A stretch of 64,000 nt of DNA from Pocillopora damicornis. Its lineage: Eukaryota. Below, piece after piece: positions 52,001 through 64,000 of this stretch. The stretch lies in contig NW_020847584.1 in assembly GCF_003704095.1 (NCBI RefSeq), positions 186,001 through 250,000 of the forward strand, read 5' to 3'. The notes below the pieces were generated by a model that did not search any database, was not told the DNA's origin, and was given only the letters and a program-made list of their open reading frames with translations. Positions within the stretch are counted from its first letter, which is position 1, and each line of letters begins with the position of its first letter. The position numbers and the translations under genes were made by a program.

Positions 52001-55000
52001 ATAAGAATCACGTGTTGAAGGTCGATCAGTACAAGGATCTAGTTAAAATTCTTGACATTATTTTAAAAGAATCGTGCCACAAAGGTAAGTTTGGCCCAAA
52101 CCGATCATGTTGCGTTATGGTGTTTGATATTCTCTCTTTGGGATGAAGGAGATTCACGGGTATCGTGAAGAATATTAGCAGGAGTGACGAGGAGAAAGCC
52201 TACCTTGTGATATATTAGTGAGTCCAAATCTCGCACTCGACATATTTGGTACCAAGCTCTATGGATTTCGCATATTCCATGTTTGCACCTTTTTCCTACC
52301 ACAGAAAAAAAGCACTTTTTTAATTCCATTTTGATGTTGGATGTGCTTTAAACTTGGCTTAAATTAGAATTGATATAATATGAGGATTTTTGTTATTACC
52401 CACAGCCACACCTCCTACCGCCATTACAACACCTCCTCCGTCCCCTGCGATGGCTGCTAACCTTCGTAAGTTGTATTAGACGGATAACCATCTACTTTGT
52501 AAGCAAACTTATGCATTACTTATGATCTAGTATTAGTCAAATATAATAAAATTGACTAAAAAAGTTCCGTGTTTCCTTTTCTTCCAGGTAAATGTAACAT
52601 CGAGTACCAAAAGCTTGGCTGCTTTGTCGATAAGCAGCCTAAGACTAGCACACTTGCTCTACCTGAAAAGATGTTGAACGAAGTCGTCAACTGGGATCAG
52701 TGGAATGTTTGGCTTCCAGATTTTGTGTGCAGATGCGCCAATTTAGTTTATGAGAACAACTATAATGTGTTTGGAATTCACCTTTTCGGTATGTTCACCC
52801 GTTTCCTCTTTAAAACCATTAAATCTGACCAAAATCTCTAGTAATCTTATGGCTTTAGACATTATCACAGCCACAGAAAAAAGTAATTGAAAAAAAAAAA
52901 AGAAAAAAAAAAGCCATTTGACTCTCTTAAACCTGTGGTAACTTTCTAGGAGAGTGCTGGTCCGGTGTCAAGGCTGGTGATACTTACAATATGTATGGTA
53001 CAGCAGAGGAATGTTTAGACACAAACCAACAGCAGTGTGGCGTTCAATCAGTCAGAGAGTGCTCAGGAGACCAGAATTCCAACTTCGTCTATCGCATCAT
53101 CATCTCCCAAGGTCGGTTTTGGTAGAAATTCTGAATTGTTTCCGGTGGGCTTCGAGCGATTATTTTTTTTAGCACCGTCGTTTGTTATCGTTATAAGAAG
53201 AGATTCCTTCTCAGTGCTTCATGATTACCCGACACAATTCTATTGTTCTATTGTCGTTTTGGCGGTTCACGGTATTTTACTCTTTGCAAGCCGGTCTAAC
53301 ATTGCCAACTTCCAAAAGTAGAATGCAAAGACTAAGCTCATCCTTGTTTTCTCAACAGGGGCACAAGTAGAACCCTCTCCTGTTCCTGAAACAGCAAAAA
53401 AGAGACATGGATTGAAGGGTAAGATTTTTTGTCCCTTTTATTGATATCAACTCAAATGTGAAAAAAAGAATCTAAAAAATTTCGTTAAGGGGTGTAAACC
53501 CATAATAAAACCCATAATAAAGAGCTAAAAGGAGATGCAATAATTTTTTGTTACAGAGAACTGTCTGGTGGACTTCATCAAGAGAGGTTGTGTTAACGAC
53601 TTGCAAAGTCGGAGGCCTTTGCCGCAATTGATGTTCACAGATCTTGACATCAACAACGCTAAGTTCAGCGGTTTCCCAGTGGACTGGGGAAGCTGGAATA
53701 GTTATATGGATGATGTTGTTTGTCGGTGTGCCGAGATTTCGCGGTCAAAAGGTTTTGATTATTTTGGACTGGGAAATTTTGGTGAGTCTCTGTAATGTAA
53801 CGACGTGTCCTTGTAGCTGGCCTGACTGAGGCAGAGTTAAGCGTGGACGAGTAATTTTATTAAGGTTTTATTTCTCATTTATCATGATTGTGAGTGGCAC
53901 CATGTTAAATATCATCAAGTTATTGTCATTTCAAGTCATTACTTGTTCAGATCTTTACTGCCTCATTTGGAGTCAATTCAATTTTTCTTTGTCTTTTAAA
54001 TTCTATTTACATTAATGTGACAGGTGAATGTTGGTCAGGGAAAGGTGCTCAAAAGACATATGACAAAGAAAACACTTCTCCATTCTGCATTACAAAAGAA
54101 TTTGCTGAATGTAATGCAGAAGATGAACATGTTTGCAGTGGAAACAAAACTACTGCGTTTATCTACAGTGTGAAGGAGAATCACAACCCCAAGAAAGGTA
54201 TTCATGGAAACTTACACGAGATTGAGTGATGAGTCATTAGTCACATTCTGTTTACTAATTTTCTGCATCCTAAAGTACTGATGAAAGAAATGTTATTTTC
54301 ACCTGCGGATGATATTCAAGAAATACTCCTCGAGGGTAGGCTGCATTTAAAGAAAATTGCAGAAAGAAACCCGTAACAATTTATACTCGGACGGAATTTG
54401 ACCGCAACTTGCTGTTGCCTCTTCCTCTGCATTAGGTATTACTTTGTGGCTCATGGCCTTAATATAAAAATTTTGAAATAGAGAATATCCTCCTCGATAA
54501 CGTAACTAAATTTTTAGCAAATGTTTTCTTGTTAACCTTATCTCTAAAATCCGTCCTCAGTGTTTTGGAATTTTTTGTTTTTTAGAGAAGAATTGCTTCA
54601 CCCAATTTCAAAATGTCGGGTGTTACGAAGACAAGCAAATCAGTCCTCGTCCAATACCAGAACTTATTTTTACCGATATGGATATTAATTCACCAAAATA
54701 CAGCGGCAAAAAAGTGCAGCTGGGGGAATTGGACACCTATATTGACGACGTTCTCTGCCGGTGCGCTGAGCGTTCCCAGAAGCTTGGTTACGAGTACTTT
54801 GGAGTGCAGAATCACGGTGAAGAATTTTATCTTGGTGTTAAATTTATAACGATGATTTTGGTGACGGTAAACGTCGGTCTTACACAGGTTGTTGATTATT
54901 CATCTCACTTTCAGCGAATAATCTTTGCGAACCGATAGCATGTTTTAGCGTAATTTTGCAAAATCTCTTTTGAGCAACTATATTTTCTTCCCGTTAATTC

Positions 55001-55335
55001 TGATTTAAACAACAAAAGTAATTTCCTTGTAAACTGATTTGTCTCGGTTTTTGATATTTAAGAGGAATCAGAAAGTGGAAGGATTATTATGGAACGTTAT
55101 ATTTTTTGTAGGTGAGTGTTTTTCCGGAAACAATGTTGAGCAAAGCTACAGCAAGGATGGTTCATCAAAGCAATGTATCACAAGAGACTTCCAGCAGTGC
55201 CCAGAAATAAAACCTAGCAGTAAAGAGACTCAGCAAGACTGTATCGGAGTGCAAGGCTCTAACTATGTTTACCGCATCAGAAATTTGGCGAAAGAAAACA
55301 AAATGGACGCTGAGAAGTTGCATCTAGGAAAGTGA
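43078..55335 (+). CDS. Gene C: large mosaic, probably extracellular protein with two VWA domains, Pro/Thr linkers and at least five 8-Cys WSC-like domains (5' end unresolved; spans a gap)
   Basis: Exons 43078-43347, 44301-44366, VWA1 44659-45030 + 46174-46374, 47024-47254 [gap], 47355-47487, 48468-48521, 48837-48890, 49184-49252, 49538-49762 + 49947-50105, (50593-50676), 50982-51035, VWA2 51347-51759 + 51922-52084, 52406-52465, 52588-52788 + 52950-53111, 53359-53418, 53557-53781 + 54024-54197, 54586-54816 + 55112-55335 (TGA). Continuity across the gap at 47255-47354 is assumed. Confidence 0.75.
43900..44005. repeat. Truncated copy 3 of the same repeat family
   Basis: TTATCAACTCAGATGATACTACTAAATTACCCTGT...CAGTTTCTTTAGAAACTTGCCTCCTTTATT matches 40736-40826. 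Confidence 0.65.
47785..48288. mobile_element. ~500-bp insertion (probable non-autonomous element) in one copy of a duplicated intron
   Basis: The flanks (TCACCTCGTCGACATTTATGC / GACACGAAATTTGCCCCTCGACCGACCAAAATT) align with contiguous sequence at 50402-50459 in the paralogous intron, which lacks the insert. AATTGTAAT occurs near both ends. Confidence 0.6.
50595..50676 (+). repeat. 12-bp tandem repeat (GTGACATCACGT) x ~6.8
   Basis: Directly visible; units start at 50595, 50607, 50619, 50631, 50643, 50655 and 50667. Confidence 0.95.
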
Positions 55336-57555
55336 CGTGACTTTCGATTACGTAGTAGCGGACTCCAAGAATATTGTGATATCTGCTAAAGTTCCAGTTC
55401 AATTATTTATCGAATAGTTTGTTCAGAAGAACTCAAATCGATATTTCTGGTCATTTGTAGTCTGCGCAAATTTCCTATTAGCCTTCTGTATAGTCAGTGC
55501 TTAACGAAACGAAAGTTTCTCGTTTCAATTAACTAAGAGTCAAAATACCTCACACCGAACGGCACGCTTAAATGAACTTATGTCGGATTTTGACAAATTT
55601 TTATCACGCGTCTTTCAACACGCTGTGAACTAGGTATAATGAGGACCATTTTCGACCCATAGTTCACGGAATTTACCTGAACTATCAATATAAAGTTTTT
55701 GTCGGCACGGAGTGTCGAGTGCTCGCAACGATCACTATGCACCACATCAAAATTCACTCAAAATTGATTTTCTACAACTCTAAAATAACCAGACAGGTGC
55801 GCAGCTGAGCAGAACTGGTAACATTGAATAACATCTTTTCCCCTATTTATTGGTCAGGGAAATTCAATTTAAATGTGAGATTCATAATCGTGATTTGTTA
55901 CAAATGTTTTAAACCGGAAATTGCAGAATCAAGTTCTTGTGTACGTCATTCTGTTTAGAGTAATTCTTTTTTAGACCTTTACAGATTGAAAAATGAAAAA
56001 CATTTTTCATTGTCTCCTTGGATAACCAGTCAGGGGAGACTCCCAGTTTCTAGGGGTAGAAGTACCATAGCTGCTATTACCGTCGGTCATGCGTGTGCCA
56101 GGGCTCAAAACTGCAACGCAAATATAGTCTCGTCGGACTTTAAAAGGGAACCATACTCCTTCAAGAGAGGATAGAGAGACTCTTTATAATGTAAAACGTA
56201 GAACTTCCGGGTGACCGCCGGAAAAAGGAGAAGGGTGTCTGCAAATGTCATTATCATAAACCATTCTGAATCGATCGAGATGATTGCCATGAAGGGTTCA
56301 GATGTACAAAAAATTACAATAAATTTACATAATTAAGCGTATTACTGAGAAACGACTCTTTCACTGACTCTGATGTAAATAATTGTATACTTACCGTACC
56401 AAATGACCAAACGAACCAAAAAGTTTGTGTTTTTTCCAGACACTAAACTGCACGATTTTCATGGGCAGTTTAATCGTTTAACCTCTCTGAGTTTTCCTTC
56501 AAATTGTGTTTGAATCGAGTTTTGAAAAAATGCTGCAAACATCAATTGTTTTTTATTTCACCTCTATGGTGCTTTTCAGTAATTTGTAAAATTTGATTTG
56601 TCGCCTGTCTTACAATTGTCTTTTCACAGACATAGAAATATCAGCCAATTTCTTNNNNNNNNNNNNNNNNNNNNNNNNNNNNNNNNNNNNNNNNNNNNNN
56701 NNNNNNNNNNNNNNNNNNNNNNNNNNNNNNNNNNNNNNNNNNNNNNNNNNNNNNNNNNNNNNNNNNNNNNNNNNNNNNNNNNNNNNNNNNNNNNNNNNNN
56801 NNNNNNNNNNNNNNNNNNNNNNNNNNNNNNNNNNNNNNNNNNNNNNNNNNNNNNNNNNNNNNNNNNNNNNNNNNNNNNNNNNNNNNNNNNNNNNNNNNNN
56901 NNNNNNNNNNNNNNNNNNNNNNNNNNNAAAAGAGTCGCGGTTTATAAGTCACCCGCCTGACTTATGAGCATACTTAAATAGGCTCAATTACTGCTTCACT
57001 AAACCAATAATTCAACTAATAGAAAACTGCAAACAAGATTTTCCTACCTATCACTGTTCAAAGTCCTCTCGGCCATCTAAAAACTGTTTGGAACAAATAG
57101 CATCAGCATGTCTAGACGCAAGTCCATGATGTAATAAACTAAAAGCAAAATCTCATGTTTCAATCATTACATTGGCTCTGATCGACTCAGCAAGCAGGTG
57201 AATCAAGGCATGTGGTTAAATCATGGAAATTTGTGTGGGTGGAACTGGTCAAATCCGGTCTACCAGCATTCTTGGCGATTGCAACAGTTGGCAATAAATG
57301 CGAGTGAATGAAAAGAATATTGCAAACAAAGACAAGCAGCGCGTAAGGATCATACCAAACAACATAATAATTTTGTCTTTTTTCTTAATTGGCCTCGTTA
57401 TGAACGATAGAAACCGAATAGACATGCATGACGTCATGAGATCAATTGGCGTTAAATGGAAAGACTCTCGCCTGGTGAGCTAATTAATGGTTATTTGTTA
57501 CCTGCAGGAATCTTTACCAAAATCCTTAAGGGAACACAACTTTTCAATTTATAGC

Positions 57556-60228
57556 ATGGAGAAAATTTTCTACTATATCCATGTTGCTTGCCTTCTTTCA
57601 TCTCTTCTGTGGAACGTCAAGGGTGCGTATTATTTAAAACCGACAGGTAAGTGTAGGAAAACATTCCCGGTCGAGGCAACAGGACTAAATAACCAGAAAG
57701 ATGGCAACAAACATGAGTAAACATGACTGGTGACCTGTTAAAATAAGGATGAACCATTCTAGATTGTTGTTTTGTACCCTGCGTTCGATCGAAAGAATCT
57801 CTTTAGGGAAATCGAAAGCAAGTTTTACTGCACTGCGGATATTAATTCATCAGCATATATCACGTTTTGTCATCTCGCGTGCACTGTTATCCCCGTTTGC
57901 TTGTTTACCCGCTTCAGCCAATGAATACGTTGAAAAATCATAGTATTTAAATGGAAGGGGAACACACTGATGAGCTTAATAGCTTATTGTTTACTTTTTT
58001 TTAGGGAACCTCCTTAAAATGATACATTTATTTATTCAAGATTCTTTTGAGCCAAGGCTTTAGTGGAAGAAATGAAAAAAATGACCTGTAATACCACTGG
58101 TAACTGTCTCGTCATTTTAAATAACAATATGTTATGGTTTACATCAAGAGATCTTTTGCTCGCACTCATTTTTATAACGTTCGCTTGTAGAGGCAACCAG
58201 ACAAAGTTGAAATCTGTGAAACCTGGAAGTATAAACACATCGGACACATAACAAGATCAACATAATTCGGGGCCACTGTAGAATAAAATTAAAATCTTTA
58301 ACAGTGTTAACCGTAGGTTTGCAAAGAAAGAGCTAAACGGAACTGTCTCTCGTGCATTCCTAGTCCCGCATTATAAATTCTTCATAAGTCAATTTGCCTT
58401 AACAAATGAGCTCAGATCTTTCGAGATGCAGATACCTTGGTATTTCCCTCGGTTTGTAAACTGTCTGAGCGAATCTGATGAACACAATCATATTGCTTTT
58501 CCTTTCAGCGTCATAACGTGACAATTTCTTTGATTGAAGGTCGATTTGAGATTACAGAGATACCCTTACCATCGTCAGTTATTGAACAAATAAACGGAAC
58601 CAACGTGTCAGTCACACCCAACCCAGGCCAAATAAATGCCACTGGTGTTCGTATCGTTACAGTGACAAGAATTTCAAATACATCTCAAGTACCAAAACCA
58701 GGTAAATTTGTCACATGAGGCCACAAAGTGCCTCTAAGTATTTCTGTTTTGATTGCTCGTCGTAGAAAAAAAAACTCCTAACCCATGTACTAGTTTCGTT
58801 CAATTAAACGAACAGACTTAAATACTGTCATTAACAAGGACACTTCCAACTATTAAGTGTAAATCAACAATAAAGTTCTACTCTTCTGAAAACCTTGCAA
58901 ATAGATAGATGAAAAATCCTCCCTTCCGTTGTTCAGTTCAAGAATGTTAACATAACGGCATACTCATGCATACTGTATTTTTCAGCTGGATCACAGCAAC
59001 CATGCCCAACTACACCCGTGTGTTCTTGTCCATGTCAAAAACCTCCAATGAGTGGTAAACCACCGAGTCTTCAACCCCTTCCCCCCAAAAATGATAGCAT
59101 TAACACTTGGTGCACCTCAGTGTGTATTTGCCTTTGTATCGGTGGTTCTCCTGTGCCCATCCAGCCTCCCACTGAATCTACAAGTAAAGCGAACGTGGCT
59201 ACTCTTAACCTGGTGGTCACCAGTCCCTTGTCAAACCGGATAACTACAGCAGTACCTTCCAGCACTCCAACGATCATAAATAAGTCCAGATCAACCTCCA
59301 TTACCTGCCCTGAAACTGCAGGTACCTGCATATGCCTGTCTGTTTCTGTTTTTACGATTCTTCCGTCAAATATGTTTTTCTTGAAATGTTTCCCTTTTGC
59401 TGAATCAGTTCCTGATCATTTTACTGACAGTTTTTTCTCCTTCGTTCTCAGTTTGTTCCACTTCCGAAACTAACCTAAGCTCGTCCAGAACAAGTAAGAA
59501 CCTTTAGCTCGATATTTTTCATAGCTTCCCGTATGAAGGCAAACCTGTGTTTCCTTCATGGTCATTCACTGTTAAATAATAGACACATCACGTTAAAGTA
59601 AACAAGACTGCTTTGATTAGTTCAAATGTGTGACTCTAGTTATGTACTCGATTGTCTTAAATACTGATGACCCTGAAGACCAATGTACTAGTTTGGCTTG
59701 ACGAAAATATCTTCAAAACATCTGAAATGTTTGCAAGAAGTGATGAACAACGTATCTTGAAGGAGAAGCTAAGTTTTAAATGATACGACAAATTAAAAAC
59801 TGCAACTCCGGCATACGTTTTTGCTTATCGAGAAAAGGGATGAAATGTATGGTTCTGTGATAAATAAATTTAACCGGTAACCTCAGGGTTATGTACTCCA
59901 GCTCTTCGTGCAAGCTTTATCTCCAACTTTAACAGACGTTGATTTTCGAAAAAATCCTCTCTTACAGGTCAAAGTAGACTCAGTGTGACACTCAGTCCAA
60001 CCCTCACACAACCGATGCTTCCTGTTCAGAAAGGTAAATCTTCCAATTAACAAAATATATGTAAGAGTAAATCTATATATTAACATGTACTGAGAATTTG
60101 TCATGGTTCATTCGGTTCGACAAACAAGTTTTTCATTTGCAGGCTTGAATGCCACCTCGGCCCTCCTGAATGAAACTCTAGCTTATGGCTTCACATCCGA
60201 CTGGGTTTTTTTTATAATCCATATTTGA
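57556..60228 (+). CDS. Gene D: predicted secreted mucin-like Pro/Ser/Thr/Cys-rich glycoprotein
   Basis: Signal-peptide exon 57556-57646 (MEKIFYYIHVACLLSSLLWNVKGAYY..., phase-1 GTAAGT donor). Candidate exons 58064-58099, 58540-58701, 58986-59321 (CPTTPVCSCPC, WCTSVCICLC), 59452-59493, 59968-60033, 60143-60228. Many N-x-S/T sequons. The last exon and some internal exons are uncertain. Confidence 0.55.
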
Positions 60229-63200
60229 CATAATTATCATGCATTTCCGTGAAATTCTTTTTTCTATTGAGGTCACCTTTTGATTTTCATTGCACGGGGA
60301 ACAAATCCTATCAATGGTCAATCCAGGTGATATCTCATGTTATATTTATATTCTCTAACATTTGGACTGTCCTTACAGGCTCCCAAGAAAACTAAAAGTC
60401 ACCAATGTGCTCCTTAACAGGTGTGGTATGGTTCTACTGATTAACAGTAAGGCAGCAGCTTGGTCTTAAAGCGACCCATTGTGAGAGACGTCATTGGGTT
60501 GTTGCATAATGGGTAACATTCGACTTTTTTCTTTCAATTGCTAGCAGACATCTAGAACCCTCCAAACAGCCCCTCAGGTGTATTAGCGGTCTTGACTTAA
60601 GCCCCGCATGGAAATTCTCGGCTAAGGTCAAGGCAAAGCTCCGACCAAATTTTATTTAAATCTTGCATTTCGCGGACTTTGCGCTTATGTTCACTTATTT
60701 ATTCATCTATCAATGTTTTTCCGTCTGAAACATGTCGACAGTAGCAAGCGTATCGCATGCTGTGGTGCATAGATCCCAACTTGAGGGCAAATAGAAACCA
60801 CCATGATTCAAGGAATAAAACAAACGATCAATGACTGGCTGAACACAGGTTTTAAGATTCATTTGGTACTTGTAACATACACTAATAATTAACACTTTAC
60901 TTCCAAATGTATAAATCTCTAAGGTCTTTTGTAGTTGATGAAACCAAGGTTATGGAGGCAGATGATAGAGACAAGATGCTTTTTTCAAGCTGTAAAATAA
61001 TTTAGTTTTCCTATCGATTACCAATTCAAGGATAAATACTTAAAATGAGACACTAATTGTAAAAAAGGTGCATCACACTAGCAGAAACATACTGTTAATT
61101 AATTTTCACTGGTATCCAAAGGCACTCAGTATAAGTTTTTATCATTGTATGATATGCTAAGGTGTTTAATTAAACGTGTATTTGGGAAGGAAGTACATGT
61201 ACGCTAAAAAAAGTGAATAAAAAATAACAGAACTGAGAATCCTAACTTGTATTAAACAACGTAGCATACTTGTATATTTAAGTATCTATGGTAAGTCAAA
61301 ACAGTGGACATACAGGTAATCGTTCAAGGAAGGTATCATGTGAGGGCATGTTCATTAAATTTCATTGCTCCAACCGAGAGGAATATATCTGCACTTTGGA
61401 TGAGTTTTCAAGACTTTAATCTATACCGCCTGGCAGCAGATAATAGAGTTTACATTACATAAAGCTTCAAAAAGGTTGTTTGACTGAATTATGAATAAAA
61501 CAGTGCTGAATGTAAAAAATTCTGTCCACAGAGAAAAATTTCTTTCAACACTACCTTTAAGTACGGGCCATACTTTGAAATTTAAACATATCATAGATGT
61601 TGACATCTAAATCCTCACGAATATCAGTGTGGCTCATATCTCGAAAACCAGTTTATTCTGTTTCGTTTCCCAGAACTTTAATCGATAAAATTTCAGTACT
61701 CTCGAAAGTGAACACCGGAAACAAAAAGTACTTTTTTGGACCAGGAGACGAAAAGCGGGTCCCAGCAGACAATCTTACTTGCATTCCTTAACATGATCAG
61801 AAACACTATTAACGTAGAACATTACCGGCATAAATGTAACGAAACACCTTAGTCTGCATAAGGATATGTTTGCGCATAATATTTGTGCATTATTTTTGAG
61901 CATAATGTGATACTTTATTTCATTTACGTTTTGTCGAATTATTCAAATTTGTGTGAAGAAAATTATTTTGATAAGATAAAGCCATTTAAATAATTATTAT
62001 TATATCTATTTTATCGATATCACTTAGCTATTTGTTATGTATTTGTAGATCTCTCTCGACTTGCTGAGTGAATATCAATAAAGTTACCGTTGTCCCTTAC
62101 GAACTGTTTAAAACTCAACGCAATAGGCTTGTTTCAACTTTTGACCGTTTTTTTCAGTTTGCACGTATTAAAACGCGCTTTTCAAGTTCGTTTATTCAGT
62201 CGCTGTTATCATCTAACGTTCATGGCTTAGACGTGAAATGATAGTCGATTTCTGGTCGAGTTTTGTCGCATGCTACCGAAAATATGCTTCTACCACGTAG
62301 TGGCATTTATCGTATAAGTACCACAATAACTGAGCCAGCAATAACTTCAGTGAGAGATTTCGCCGCTAACCCTCGGTGGAGATCAAGTAACCACACGCTG
62401 ACTGGAAATTTAAATGTCAAAATATCTCTTCTATCAGCCAAAAATTGATAATAGTATCAACGGGGAAAGAAAAAAATAAACGCGGTAAAAAAATTAAGGT
62501 TTCATTCTGGGGTAATCTAATTTCTTTCGACGTCCTTATTTGTGCCCGAGCACCAAATTGAAAAGCTGGATTTATTACAAAATTCCTCCTGTTTCTTTAA
62601 ATTCTCTTGCGATAGATACATGTATTTTGCTCATTTTACAAAGTAAGTAATGGTCGGGAAAGTTTAAGTGGCTCAAAAGTCGTGTAATCAACAAAACAAA
62701 CGTCCATAATGATTGTTCCGACAGGCTTTAGGAATTTCCATTACAAAGGTTAAAGATAAATTGTCCACCACTGAACGCCTGTCAACAGCAGACTGGCTAA
62801 CCGAGTTATTCCTTTATGCTACTTGTAGCGAACTTTTCATTACTACTGATTTCGTAGCGAGTCGAAAATAAACCGATTGTAGAATACATTTATTACTGTA
62901 TCTATTCAAAAACTTCATTTTTGGCGAGGAGATAACCTACAATAGAGATTTCATACTTTTTTTAAAGTGATTTTTTTTTCTAAACATGACATCATTTTTG
63001 AGGAATTAAACAAAGTTCCCACTTTGATAAATGCCAGATGCAGCCAGGGTTTCTGGACGCTGTAACCTCTAATTAGGATGTGTACTGAAATGTTATCTCT
63101 TTCATTAAAAGAGCAAATAAAGAAATCAGTGGCTCTTTGATCAGCTTCCGTGATACTAATATGAATCATTTGACTTCTGATCAAACATAGCTAATTAGAA

Positions 63201-63587
63201 AGATAAATAACAAGAACTAAGATCACTCAACATGTTTAGACTTAAATTCTTCTCGGATATCACAATTCTACATACTTCATTGATTGTCCGTTAATTTCAC
63301 ACCATTTGAAGTCAAATATTCACTCCCAGGAACAGTAAAAGAACTTAAGTATTGCAGAAAAAACAAAATGTGGGCGAAAATCTGTTCAAGCGAGTAAGTT
63401 TAATTTGACAACTGTTGCGGGTGGTTCATCTGTAAAAAGTCACCATTCGTTGTTTGGAAATCACAAGCGAGGAAAAGGATTAAAGAACACTAAATTATGG
63501 ATGAACTATGTCATTGTTTATGGACATGGATGAGTCAAGGAGTTAATACTTGGTGTTAAGCACTTCCCCGTTGTTGGAAAGGGAAAT

Positions 63588-63669
63588 ATGGCGATGGAGG
63601 GTGCCAGTATAACTTGGCTAGTTTTGATCGCATTAAGCCTCACCTCATGTCACTTTTCAAATGTGAACG
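63588..63669 (+). CDS. First coding exon (signal peptide) of another predicted secreted protein continuing beyond the right edge
   Basis: ATG...MAMEGASITWLVLIALSLTSCHFSNVN followed by a phase-1 G|GTAAGT donor, the same design as the first exons of genes B and D. Confidence 0.55.
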
Positions 63670-64000
63670 GTAAGTTACTTAATAGCGATTAAATCAAAGT
63701 AAGAAGATTTTTTCAGACAATCAGTATAAAGTCAATTTTATCTTCCACTTTACCTGAACAATGAGTCGTTATTTAGGAAACGTTTGCTAAATAACCGCCC
63801 CACACTTGACATGTGTTAATCATTGTCTAAATTAAGTTGTAGTGTTTGCATAGGCTATGGGGCGTTGGTTTTTTTTATTAAGATTTGTGTAGTTCTATTA
63901 GTAACGTGAGGTTGTTTAATTACCCAATTTACTGTAGAGAGGAAATGCAAATTTCTTTTAGAGGTTTAGCTGTCGGGAAATTATTCCAACTATTTGCAAT

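Noticed and set aside
56593-56967. ORFs spanning N runs (also 5464-5701 and some frames at 33493-33687 and 47069-47499)
   Set aside because: Artefacts of translating assembly gaps.
58986-59321. Minicollagen cysteine-rich domain in gene D
   Set aside because: The spacing is CxCxC, not CxxxCxxxCxxxCxxxCC, and no Gly-X-Y repeats are visible.
59660-59712. Hammerhead ribozyme (CTGATGA/CTGAAGA ... CGAAA)
   Set aside because: I could not build convincing stems I-III around the core motifs.

Overview
AT-rich, intron-rich animal DNA with several N gaps. The gene content and repeats suggest a cnidarian, probably a stony coral, but that is inference. Minus strand, 1-11.4 kb: the 5' part of a conventional myosin VII gene, from the ATG through the motor to the first IQ motifs, running off the left edge; it has one GC-AG intron. 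Directly upstream on the same strand (13.55-19.2 kb) is an apparently intact 12-exon, ~556-aa gene made only of a diverged copy of the first MyTH4-FERM module of myosin VII, with no motor, IQ, SH3 or second MyTH4-FERM (a 'headless' tail paralogue). Plus strand, ~21-64 kb: a tandem cluster of predicted secreted proteins. Three (A, B, C) are mosaics of VWA domains (4 in total), Pro/Thr/Ser linkers and a repeated ~125-aa 8-Cys WSC-like domain (10 copies, one partial), joined almost entirely through phase-1 introns. They are followed by a mucin-like Cys/Pro/Thr gene and the signal-peptide exon of a further gene. Interspersed are a tRNA-derived SINE, a MITE with an 8-bp TSD, a palindromic repeat family and several local tandem duplications. 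Exon coordinates were read by eye; no database searches were run.
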